The notes under the pieces are model-generated. The model was given only the letters and a program-made list of their open reading frames with translations, was not told where the DNA came from and searched no databases. A stretch of 60,470 nt of DNA, filler included. It is 5 parts of 5 records of this genome, joined end to end, with 100 filler letters (N's around TTAATTAATTAA, not from the genome) between each part and the next. Parts side by side here need not be neighbours in the genome. Positions count along the whole stretch, not along the records: positions 21,779 to 43,976 come from DRR723986_6260; 4 more parts are not named here. The stretch is one strand, 5' to 3'. The stretch's first letter is position 1. Every line of letters begins with the position of its first letter. Below, piece after piece: positions 32,539 to 41,431 of this stretch. The position numbers and the translations under genes were made by a program.

Positions 32539-32852
32539 TAACCTATCCAGCTCGATGCAATCTACGTTGTATTCTTAGCACTGAATGGGGCGAGCTTTCA
32601 GAACGGGCGAGGCCTCCCGCTAGTCAATCCAGTGCCTTACAATACCCCGAAAGCGGTATTTCTCCAAGGCCACCATGAGGATTGCGGCAACCCGCACAAC
32701 AAAGTGACTGATCATCTGTTTCGGCCCCCATATCATTCGCGTAGAAAGTACTCCAAATCGCCCGGGTTCCGAAAACATCATGACGAAATAGGCCAATGCC
32801 CCTTGGCCTATGCAACTTTGCTAGCCCCCGGTGACTTGAGGCGCGACTATTC

Positions 32853-33212
32853 ATGGACGTGATCTTAGTAGATGACAACGTCAGCTCATGCAAAATACTA
32901 GGCATGATGCTAGAGAAGCAAGGATATACAGTGCATGTCGCACACGACGGACAGAGTGGACTTGAGGTGATTCGAGAGATCCATCCCAAGTTCGCCGTCG
33001 TCGATATTGCCTTGCCCCAACTAAATGGACTTGCACTAGTTAGACAGCTCAAGCAAGACCCGAAGTACGATGACGTCATTTGCATCGCACTGACTGGCGA
33101 CTCGGCTGAGCACATCCGCACGGAGGCCGTCGAAGCTGGTTTTTCAGAGTATTTCCTGAAACCCATTCGCCCGTCGACCCTGGCAAGCTGCCTGTCGTCG
33201 CTATCTGATTAG
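32853..33212 (+). CDS. Single-domain response regulator (receiver)
   Basis: ILVDD, phospho-Asp in VVDIALP, IALTG and FLKP. Confidence 0.92.
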   Translation: MDVILVDDNVSSCKILGMMLEKQGYTVHVAHDGQSGLEVIREIHPKFAVVDIALPQLNGLALVRQLKQDPKYDDVICIALTGDSAEHIRTEAVEAGFSEYFLKPIRPSTLASCLSSLSD

Positions 33213-33370
33213 GGCCGCTTTGGCTCCACATACTGCCTGGAAACGCACAAAAAGTGAATGCGATTCACGCAGTTGAGTCACAGCTTGCTTCGTCGATCTT
33301 GTACCAAACGAAGTCCAGGATGTGATGCCGCTCGGCATCCCATCCATGACGGCCACACAAGACCGGCGTG

Positions 33371-36274
33371 CTACTGGCGGCGTGAGAGCGATTCAACGAT
33401 TTCCTCAAGCTCGGCTTGAATCCGACGCTGGTAATCGTCCTCGTCTTCGATCTCGAGATCATGACGTGAGATTGGAAGGAATGGCCCTACGACCGGAGAA
33501 CCTGTCAGCGGCACCGGACCAGATGTTGGAGCAGTCGCGGTGGGGGAAACATACTCCCCTTCACCACGCAAGCTATTGAGGTAGTTGACGATCAGGAGCA
33601 CATCAACGGCGGTCAATTGGTTGTCGCCATTTACATCAGGGAACGTGTCGATCGGCCCTTCACCATTGCCCGCCGATGGGTCAGGCAAAGGCCCACCGCC
33701 GCCCGCGTTGATTCGATTGATCAACAGCAGAACGTCCAGCGGTGTGATTTCACCATCACCGTTGACATCTTCTGGATTGTCGGGATTGTGATAGGGCGGA
33801 TAATCAGCAACCTCGAGCGTAAAGCTCTGTTCAATGGTTTCACCAGATCCAGCAGTGGCCGTAATGTTGACCGCCACCGAACGCTCATCGAGTGCATCGA
33901 TAACAGCATCGTCTCGCAGACGAAGTAAACTTCCCTCGACCATAAAACGCGGATCTGAGGCAGTGAACGTGTATGCTTCCAAATCTGCATCGTCGACGCT
34001 CAACCTGCCAACTTCGGCACCTGCAATGGCCGAGGCCAATTCATACCGGCTAAGCAGGATCGCTTTGGGTTGATCGTTCGCATCGTCAACCTGGATCGTG
34101 ACAGTACGTTCAATTTGTATCGAACTATCGCTCTGATCAACGGCCGTCAGAACGACTGCAACGCTCGACTCCGCTTCGTGGTCTAGCGATACACCGTCAC
34201 GCAACTTGAGAACTTCGTCCACAACTTCGAATCGTGGATCGTTGACGGTTGTGCGGTATTCCTGAGATGAATCGGGATCGTCCAAGACGACCCGACCGAC
34301 AACTCCACCGTCGATATTCTCTTGAACGTTGGTCTGTTCGACCGTCAGCGACGTCGGCGGCTCATTAACATCAACGATCGTCAGAGTCGCCGGCGTGGTG
34401 ATCATAATGCTCGGGTCGGTCGCATCGACAGCATAAATGTCGAAAACCACTTGGCTCTCTAGTTCATGATCGAAGGCCCCGGCGGCAAACAATCGACCGT
34501 TGCGAACCGTGAAACGCTCGTCGCTGGTGCTTACTTCGTAGGCGGCGTCGCGGTCGACGTCGACGATGGAAATCAGTCCGATTTCTCCGTCAATTGCCCC
34601 TTCACGAACGCTTGAAACCTCGGCTGTCAAACTCACTGGCGGGTCGTTGACTGGCTGGACGTCAATCTGCACCGTAACGGCGGACGAAGCAACTCCGTCA
34701 TGCACCAATATTTCGGCGGTGTCGCTGCCCGCGAAATCCTGTCCAGGGACGTATTCCCAACTACCGCCTGGCGAAACAACCAAATGGCCAGACGCAGGCT
34801 GGCTGAGGACAGAGAAAAAGAGGCGGTCATTGTCCTGGTCGACGAAATCAAATTCAGCAAGATTGCCGATGTCTACGGTGTCTTCGCTAAGTGCTCGATC
34901 CGGTACAGCTCCCGTCGGAGCATCGTTGTCTCCGTCGAGCCGCACTCCGAGGCTAAGCACTTCGAGATCATCGTCACGAAGTTGAACGAACTGGGGCAAT
35001 GCGACGGCTAAATCCGTGGCGAAGACTCCAGAAGAATCAAGCAACAGCGCATTCTCCGAGTGGTCGTCGACGTGAATCTGTGTTGCAGAGATCCCTTGCG
35101 CTTGGCCACTACGGCCCAGTAGCTGCCACGTTGAACTGTCCCAGACCGTCAGGCCAGCTTCTGTCCCGCCAGTAAGCAACTTGTTGCCACTAGGGGAGAA
35201 AGCCATCGGCCCACCCGCGTCGGCGAGTATTGAGCGTACTGACAAGCTGTCGATTTCATCTTTCGAACCATCGGGCCCGAGCACAACGACGCTTTGTGGT
35301 CCCTCGAAACTAGAGGATAAGCTCACAGCCAAAAGGCCGTTTCCGCCGAGTTCCAAACCAACGACTGATCCATCTACCTGAGTTGTCGCTGCAATTGTTG
35401 ACGTCTCAGAATCCCACTGAACAATTGCTTGGTCGTCGTCACTGGAAGAATAAAATTCAGCCCGCTGCGGATGAGCGACAATTGCGTTCACATCGATCGC
35501 AACTGATTCACCAAATTCCAGTTGTTCACCACGTGATGCGAATGCAACCGCCGAGCCCTCTGTTCCGACGTAAGCCACTGCAATCGTTTCTCTACCGACA
35601 GCAACATCGGTGAGCGACGCTCCATAGGGAAGGCCAGACCAGTTGACGCGAGAGTTCGCTCCGGTCGCCGCATCGAATGTCAAGAATTGATAGTCACCCG
35701 AATCGTCGCCAAGGACAACAAGCCAACTATCGTCTCCAAGAGACTCTGAGAAAATAGGCTGTCCACCGAGCATTCCGGTCGGTGACGAGGATCCGACTTC
35801 CCCGAATCGCCCAGCATTGTCGATCAGCCAAACACGGTCGTGATTCGCAGTCGGCAACAAGAATTGGCCGGTCTGTTCTCCGATCTGGCTTGTTGAGCTG
35901 GAAACGCCCGTGGAGGTAACCTGTCGCTGGGCGGCGTGAGGCATCAAGCCAACCCAATAGTCGCCAGCGTCCAAGTCTCCGAAGTCGGCTACTCCATCCA
36001 CGCCGGTGATGGCAATAGGCTCACCTTCGGTGTAATCGCTGCTTCGATCTTGGTCGAGAAAAAGAATTCGCCCAGCACCAACCTGATCAGCCTCAGGCTC
36101 AAATGCTTGTGTGGCATTCTGATCAAGGAACACAGATACGTTCAAACCCGCCAACAACCGCCGAGCTTCCAGTGCCTCGAATTGCAAACGCACCTTCAGC
36201 GATTCCCGCGCTTGCATTCTGCGCCCTGAGTGCAACAGACCGCGCCACTTTGATGGATTTCCGCCTTGATTCAA
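33371..36274 (-). CDS. Planctomycete surface protein: Planc_extracel signal, SdrD-like domain, beta-propeller, Ig/cadherin repeats, dockerin-like domain
   Basis: LQFEALEARRLLA; VQPVNDPP, IVDVNEPP and VDDANDQP; LDHE; DVNGDGEITPLDVLLLIN and DVNGDNQLTAVDVLLIVN. Start may be later (MQARES). Confidence 0.87.
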   Translation of the reverse strand: MNQGGNPSKWRGLLHSGRRMQARESLKVRLQFEALEARRLLAGLNVSVFLDQNATQAFEPEADQVGAGRILFLDQDRSSDYTEGEPIAITGVDGVADFGDLDAGDYWVGLMPHAAQRQVTSTGVSSSTSQIGEQTGQFLLPTANHDRVWLIDNAGRFGEVGSSSPTGMLGGQPIFSESLGDDSWLVVLGDDSGDYQFLTFDAATGANSRVNWSGLPYGASLTDVAVGRETIAVAYVGTEGSAVAFASRGEQLEFGESVAIDVNAIVAHPQRAEFYSSSDDDQAIVQWDSETSTIAATTQVDGSVVGLELGGNGLLAVSLSSSFEGPQSVVVLGPDGSKDEIDSLSVRSILADAGGPMAFSPSGNKLLTGGTEAGLTVWDSSTWQLLGRSGQAQGISATQIHVDDHSENALLLDSSGVFATDLAVALPQFVQLRDDDLEVLSLGVRLDGDNDAPTGAVPDRALSEDTVDIGNLAEFDFVDQDNDRLFFSVLSQPASGHLVVSPGGSWEYVPGQDFAGSDTAEILVHDGVASSAVTVQIDVQPVNDPPVSLTAEVSSVREGAIDGEIGLISIVDVDRDAAYEVSTSDERFTVRNGRLFAAGAFDHELESQVVFDIYAVDATDPSIMITTPATLTIVDVNEPPTSLTVEQTNVQENIDGGVVGRVVLDDPDSSQEYRTTVNDPRFEVVDEVLKLRDGVSLDHEAESSVAVVLTAVDQSDSSIQIERTVTIQVDDANDQPKAILLSRYELASAIAGAEVGRLSVDDADLEAYTFTASDPRFMVEGSLLRLRDDAVIDALDERSVAVNITATAGSGETIEQSFTLEVADYPPYHNPDNPEDVNGDGEITPLDVLLLINRINAGGGGPLPDPSAGNGEGPIDTFPDVNGDNQLTAVDVLLIVNYLNSLRGEGEYVSPTATAPTSGPVPLTGSPVVGPFLPISRHDLEIEDEDDYQRRIQAELEEIVESLSRRQ

Positions 36275-36765
36275 CGCCCAATTCCCTTGTGCGATCTGAC
36301 TTCAACCTTCGAACCGCTCTCCGGGCGCAATTCGCCGGAGTTTCGAGTGAGTACGCATGCCAAAATTCAGCTTCAATTCTACAGCAGATGGCCGGTATTC
36401 GTAAAGCAATTGGCAGCAATCCACTGCCCTATCGCCCCTTTTTCTAGGATCCGTTCCCCAATAGAGGGGGCAGGGCAGAGCGCCGCGAGTGTGCAGTCCT
36501 TCCCACTAATGGGATTCGGCAGCCGCAGAGAACACTCACTGATTCGGACGGGGACAATTCATGACGTCCGAATCATGCCTCCGCAGGGCCTCCTAGCGAG
36601 AGCCATCGCGGGAATGCAGCGCGCCATCACCCCGGTTTGGGCTGGGTTTTTATGAACCGGCGGCACAAAATAGGAGTTCAGCCCATACTTGGCCGTCTCC
36701 TACCCGGATGGCGGTTTGGGATGAGCATGAACGTTCGATGGTGAAGAATTGGAAAGATATCGGAA

Positions 36766-38586
36766 ATGCCGGACACAGCAACGCTCTCGAAGCCCATTCT
36801 CAATGTCGCTGCATATCGCTTTGTACAGCTAGAGAATCTTGACGAGCTGCGTGAACAACTCAAGCAAATCGCCTCAGCCCACGACATTCTCGGAACCATA
36901 TTACTGAGCAACGAAGGAATAAATCTGTTCCTGGCCGGCGGAGAAGAAAATGTTCGCAAGTTCATGGACACCTTGCGGGAGATGCCGCCTTTCCAAGGCC
37001 TTGAAACCAAAGACAGCTACTGCGAGGAACAACCGTTTCGCCGCATGCTCGTACGACTGAAAAAGGAAATCATCGCCTTCGGCATCGACGGGATCGAGCC
37101 GGAGCAGAAAACGTCCCCCAAACTGCCAGCCAAGCAACTCAAGCAATGGCTCGACGAAGGCAAACCACTTCGCCTACTCGACGTGCGAAACGATTACGAA
37201 TTTGAGCTGGGAACGTTTCGCGGCGCAGATGTGCTTGACCTGCAACATTTTCGCGATTTCCCCAAGGCGATCGAACAATTGCCTGCCGAGGCAAAAGACC
37301 AACCTGTGGTAATGTTCTGCACCGGTGGAATCCGCTGTGAAAAAGCTGGCCCGCTCATGGAGAAGGCTGGCTACAAGGAAATCTACCAACTCGAAGGTGG
37401 CATCCTAAAGTACTTCGAAGAAGTCGGCGGTGACCACTACGATGGTTCCTGCTTCGTATTTGACAATCGCGTTGCCCTCGACCCAGACTTACAACCGACC
37501 GGCGAAGTCCTTTGTTTTACCTGCCAAGCTGTCTTGACAGAAGCGGACGTTCAAAGCGACCAATACGCACTTGGCGAGTACTGTCCGCACTGCTACGAAG
37601 ATCCCGACGAAAAACGTCAACGCGAGTTCGAAGCTCGCCAGTCCGCCGCCCGGCAGCTCGCCGCCTCCCAGCCCGGGTGCCAGCCGTACGACAACCTTCG
37701 ACACATCTTCGTTCCCGCGAAATTGGCAGGTTTGACACTGATCGATTTCCTGTGCAAACGGAACCCTGGCATTTCGCGTGAGCAGTGGATGAAGTGGTTA
37801 GATGCTGGCGACATCTGTCACGTCTCCAGTAATTGGCAAACCAGAAGCGCAGTTACCGCGGAGCAAATTGTAAAAGAGGGAGAGTGCTTCGAACAATCAG
37901 AGCCTGCAACCACAGAACCTCCGATTGCATCAGAGATCAGCATCCTGCACGAAGACGACAGCCTGCTGATTGTCGACAAGCCGGCACCGCTACCGTGTCA
38001 TCCCAGTGGACGGTTCAATCGCAACACGCTGACTTGGATAATGGGCCAAGTCTATCAAAACGAAAAGCTGCGAATCGCGCATCGGCTGGATGCCAACACG
38101 TCCGGGATCACCGTGCTATGCCGAAAGCATCGAGCGAGCAAGATGATGCACCATGCATTTCGCCAACATAAAGTCCAAAAGACCTACCTCGCAAAAGTGC
38201 AGGGAATTGTCGATTGGGAAGAAACAGTCTGCGAGCTTCCAATCTCCAATGATCCGGGCCCTCAAGGATCAAGGTCAATCGATGCAGATGGATCGCCCGC
38301 GAAAACCGAATTCAAAGTGCTGCAGCGGAGCGACGATGGCACAACGCTGGTTGAGGCGAAGCCGATTACGGGTCGCACGCATCAGATACGCCTCCATCTC
38401 CAACAATTGGGACACTCCATTGTTGGTGATCCACTTTATCTCGACAGCCAATCAATCGGCTCCGGCCAAACACTCAAACCGGATGAGCAGCCAATGTGCC
38501 TTCACTGCAGCCAGATTGCGTTCCCCCATCCGGATACGCTTGAGCTAGTGTCGTACCACACCGAAGCACCGAAGTGGAGTCTTTAG
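36766..38586 (+). CDS. Fusion of TrhO/YceA-like rhodanese tRNA hydroxylase and RluA-family pseudouridine synthase
   Basis: N-terminal half: GTILLSNEGIN, LLDVRNDYE, MFCTGGIRCEKA, QLEGGILKY, CFVFDNR. C-terminal half: DKPAPLPCHP, HRLDANTSG, TGRTHQIRLH, GDPLY. Confidence 0.9.
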   Translation: MPDTATLSKPILNVAAYRFVQLENLDELREQLKQIASAHDILGTILLSNEGINLFLAGGEENVRKFMDTLREMPPFQGLETKDSYCEEQPFRRMLVRLKKEIIAFGIDGIEPEQKTSPKLPAKQLKQWLDEGKPLRLLDVRNDYEFELGTFRGADVLDLQHFRDFPKAIEQLPAEAKDQPVVMFCTGGIRCEKAGPLMEKAGYKEIYQLEGGILKYFEEVGGDHYDGSCFVFDNRVALDPDLQPTGEVLCFTCQAVLTEADVQSDQYALGEYCPHCYEDPDEKRQREFEARQSAARQLAASQPGCQPYDNLRHIFVPAKLAGLTLIDFLCKRNPGISREQWMKWLDAGDICHVSSNWQTRSAVTAEQIVKEGECFEQSEPATTEPPIASEISILHEDDSLLIVDKPAPLPCHPSGRFNRNTLTWIMGQVYQNEKLRIAHRLDANTSGITVLCRKHRASKMMHHAFRQHKVQKTYLAKVQGIVDWEETVCELPISNDPGPQGSRSIDADGSPAKTEFKVLQRSDDGTTLVEAKPITGRTHQIRLHLQQLGHSIVGDPLYLDSQSIGSGQTLKPDEQPMCLHCSQIAFPHPDTLELVSYHTEAPKWSL

Positions 38587-38733
38587 CTCCTAGGTTTTCA
38601 GTACGGTCCAGCCAAGTATTCTCCTGGTTGAAACACCACGCTGAATACCGTGCCCAACCTCTCGCCGTAGAACGAAACACTTTTCCGCTCCGCATCTCTG
38701 CGGACACCAGACCAACTCAAACGAAACACACTG

Positions 38734-39324
38734 ATGAACGCAGGTTCCGAAACCGATAGTAACGTTGACCACGATCGAATCCAAAAAGCAGTGCGAGAGA
38801 TCCTTCTTGCCGTTGGCGAGGACCCAGACCGTGATGGCCTGAAGGAAACTCCAGCACGCGTCGGCCGAATGTACGCTGAAATGTTCGCCGGCCTCCACAA
38901 GGACCCTTCGATCCATCTGAAGAAAGTGTTCACCGAGAATTACGATGAAATCGTGCTGATCAAAGACATCGACTTTTGCAGCATGTGCGAGCACCACTTG
39001 CTACCCTTCACGGGCAAAGCCCACGTCGGTTACCTGCCCAGCGGCCGCGTCGTCGGCCTTAGCAAGATCGCTCGCGTTGTGGAAGACGTTGCTCGCCGAC
39101 CGCAGGTACAAGAGCGGATGACCGAAACCGTTGCGGATCTGATCGAGAACCATTGCGATGCAAAGGGCGTCGCCGTCGTCCTCGAAGCATCACACTCATG
39201 CATGACAATCCGCGGCGTTCGAAAACCCGGCAGCACATGTACCACGTCTGCCATGCGCGGCGTATTTCGCGAAAACGTTTCCAGTCGCAATGAAATTCTA
39301 GGCCTGATCAAAGGTTCAAGCTAA
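38734..39324 (+). CDS. folE: GTP cyclohydrolase I
   Basis: Motifs GLKETPARV, SMCEHHLLPF, GLSKIAR, QVQERMT and HSCMTIRGV. Confidence 0.97.
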   Translation: MNAGSETDSNVDHDRIQKAVREILLAVGEDPDRDGLKETPARVGRMYAEMFAGLHKDPSIHLKKVFTENYDEIVLIKDIDFCSMCEHHLLPFTGKAHVGYLPSGRVVGLSKIARVVEDVARRPQVQERMTETVADLIENHCDAKGVAVVLEASHSCMTIRGVRKPGSTCTTSAMRGVFRENVSSRNEILGLIKGSS

Positions 39325-40277
39325 TGACTGGTGCAGACTTTGCAATTGAAATTTCCAGTAAGCTGGTCTGCGTTCTGTGGGCGCTGGCGTTTGCATTGTC
39401 GTTGTGCACCGCAGTCGGCGGTTGGCTGCTACGATCACTTATCTTTGGCTTACTGGGCATCGGTGGCGTGTACCTATGGAGCCAACTCGCCCCCGAGATT
39501 TCACAAGCGCGATGGTTGTACTGTGCACTCGGCGTTGCTGCACTGAGCCTTGTACTCCGCCAAATTGCCAAAGCTCGCGGAAAACAGTTTGCACCGTCGG
39601 ACATCTTAAGTGCAATAATATGTTCACTTTGCTTTGTCACCGCCGCCTGGGGCACTGCTTCGCTTGCTCCGCAGAAATCCAGCGATATGACAACTTTAAT
39701 CGCTGCCAATTTTGGCTCCATCGCAATCACCTGCAGCACTGCACTCGTTCTGGCACTGCTGACAACTCTGAAGAGCTCGCCAAGCGCCTTGGCAGTTGAC
39801 TCCGACGGCGCAGACCGCTCGTCGACCAACAGCAGAGAATCGAAGAAATTAAACAATGACAAATCAGCACAAGACTCGACTGAAGCTGCAACATCAAACT
39901 GCACCCATCGCAATTTTTGGCACTGCCGCTGGATTGCCGGTGTGGCGTTCTGCGTTCAAGTAGTCGTCGCGATGAACGTCTTCTTCGGCGACGCTCCATC
40001 GGACACACTCACGCCGTCAGAGAGGCGTCCCGAGTACTTGATGCTTGCTTGGATGTACAGCACCACGTTGCTGACGTTGATAGGGACAGTTGTCTATGTC
40101 GCTGGCAGAGTACTTTCCAAATCCAAGCCAATCCAGGTAAAGGATTGGACAGCACTCACTCTGGCGAGTTGGCTTGCGGTTTTTGCACTCGGTGTGGCCA
40201 TCTATTTACCGCTGCACTGGCCGTGGGCAATTGGTAGTACAGGCCCCGCAAACGCTAGCATTTCAGCAGCGCCGTAG
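39324..40277 (+). CDS. Multi-pass membrane hypothetical protein
   Basis: About 8 hydrophobic segments. TAATG coupling to folE. Confidence 0.65.
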   Translation: MTGADFAIEISSKLVCVLWALAFALSLCTAVGGWLLRSLIFGLLGIGGVYLWSQLAPEISQARWLYCALGVAALSLVLRQIAKARGKQFAPSDILSAIICSLCFVTAAWGTASLAPQKSSDMTTLIAANFGSIAITCSTALVLALLTTLKSSPSALAVDSDGADRSSTNSRESKKLNNDKSAQDSTEAATSNCTHRNFWHCRWIAGVAFCVQVVVAMNVFFGDAPSDTLTPSERRPEYLMLAWMYSTTLLTLIGTVVYVAGRVLSKSKPIQVKDWTALTLASWLAVFALGVAIYLPLHWPWAIGSTGPANASISAAP

Positions 40278-40419
40278 CCGTTTACTGAGCGCCATAACCG
40301 CTACCGCACCGGCCCAGGCGTCATTTCCTAGCGCGATCGCCGCGACTTGCAATTCTCCGACGACCGATCCAAAAACTGGATCTGCAGTTCGCACGCACGT
40401 GTCTAGGGAAGGACCGAGT

Positions 40420-41373
40420 ATGTTGAAGACCAAGTTTCGCAAGACGCTCCTTGCTCTCCTCGTGACTGCGTCAGCGGGCATGGCGTCGCCCGCTCGGGCG
40501 CAACAAAGCGAACACCCGCTACTGAATTCGCTAGGTCGAGAGCTTGGCATCGGCTACTCGCGGACGGGTTACCACGGCGCGCCCGACGGGCGGTTCGGAC
40601 ACGTCCAGCCAGCTCGCAATTATCCCTCCGCTCAGCTTCAGTATCCGTATTCGCCGGGCTACCAGCCACAGCGCCCGATTCGGCTACGGCCCATGCCGCC
40701 TGCCGGACGCGTCCAGTACTCGCCAGCCCCCATAACGCAGCCGCAAAAAGAGCCGACGAAGGCGCCCAAGATCCCGGACAAGAAAGCTCCTCCGAAGCCA
40801 GTCGGCCCCGAGCCAAAGTGGCTCAAACCGTACAAGGTCGATGCCGAACAGCCTGAGGAAATCGCCCCGTCTCGGCCGCTGGCTCCCAAGTCGCAGCAAG
40901 GCGAACTACCACCGAAGAAGACTGGTGACGCCCCTTTTTACATCGATCCGAATTTGATCGAGAAGACCGAAGCGGCAAGCCCAAGCGACCGCAATCCGCT
41001 GGCCGATGAACTAGCTGACGAAAACGGCTTGATTGATGTCGAAACGCTAAGAAAACAGCTTCTCGGAGATGAAGATCTTCCGCAAGTTCCCGATCAAAAG
41101 CGTCTGCCGAGCATCGACAGTCTTCTTGAAGACGATACTCCCGCCAAGGACGATTCGCTTCTAGATGATTCGCTCGATGACTCATTACTCGACGGCGACT
41201 CGCTCCTAGACGAAGATGACTCGCTGTTGCTAGATCCAGATGACCTCTCGGCGAAACGCCCAAACTACAAAAGGCGATTTTCGCAACTGCCCAAACAGTA
41301 CCCGAGCACTCGCTACCCAGGTCAAAAGTATCCTAATCGGCGTTATCCAGGCCAGCCCGTCCGGCACCGGTAA
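40420..41373 (+). CDS. Secreted low-complexity protein (Pro-rich, DDSLL repeats, YP repeats)
   Basis: AAGGA RBS and signal peptide ending ARA-Q. Confidence 0.7.
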   Translation: MLKTKFRKTLLALLVTASAGMASPARAQQSEHPLLNSLGRELGIGYSRTGYHGAPDGRFGHVQPARNYPSAQLQYPYSPGYQPQRPIRLRPMPPAGRVQYSPAPITQPQKEPTKAPKIPDKKAPPKPVGPEPKWLKPYKVDAEQPEEIAPSRPLAPKSQQGELPPKKTGDAPFYIDPNLIEKTEAASPSDRNPLADELADENGLIDVETLRKQLLGDEDLPQVPDQKRLPSIDSLLEDDTPAKDDSLLDDSLDDSLLDGDSLLDEDDSLLLDPDDLSAKRPNYKRRFSQLPKQYPSTRYPGQKYPNRRYPGQPVRHR

Positions 41374-41431
41374 AGACTTCGCATAGAGCGTTCCGCACGT
41401 GGAGGACAGCAATGACCGCCACGCGGAGCGA

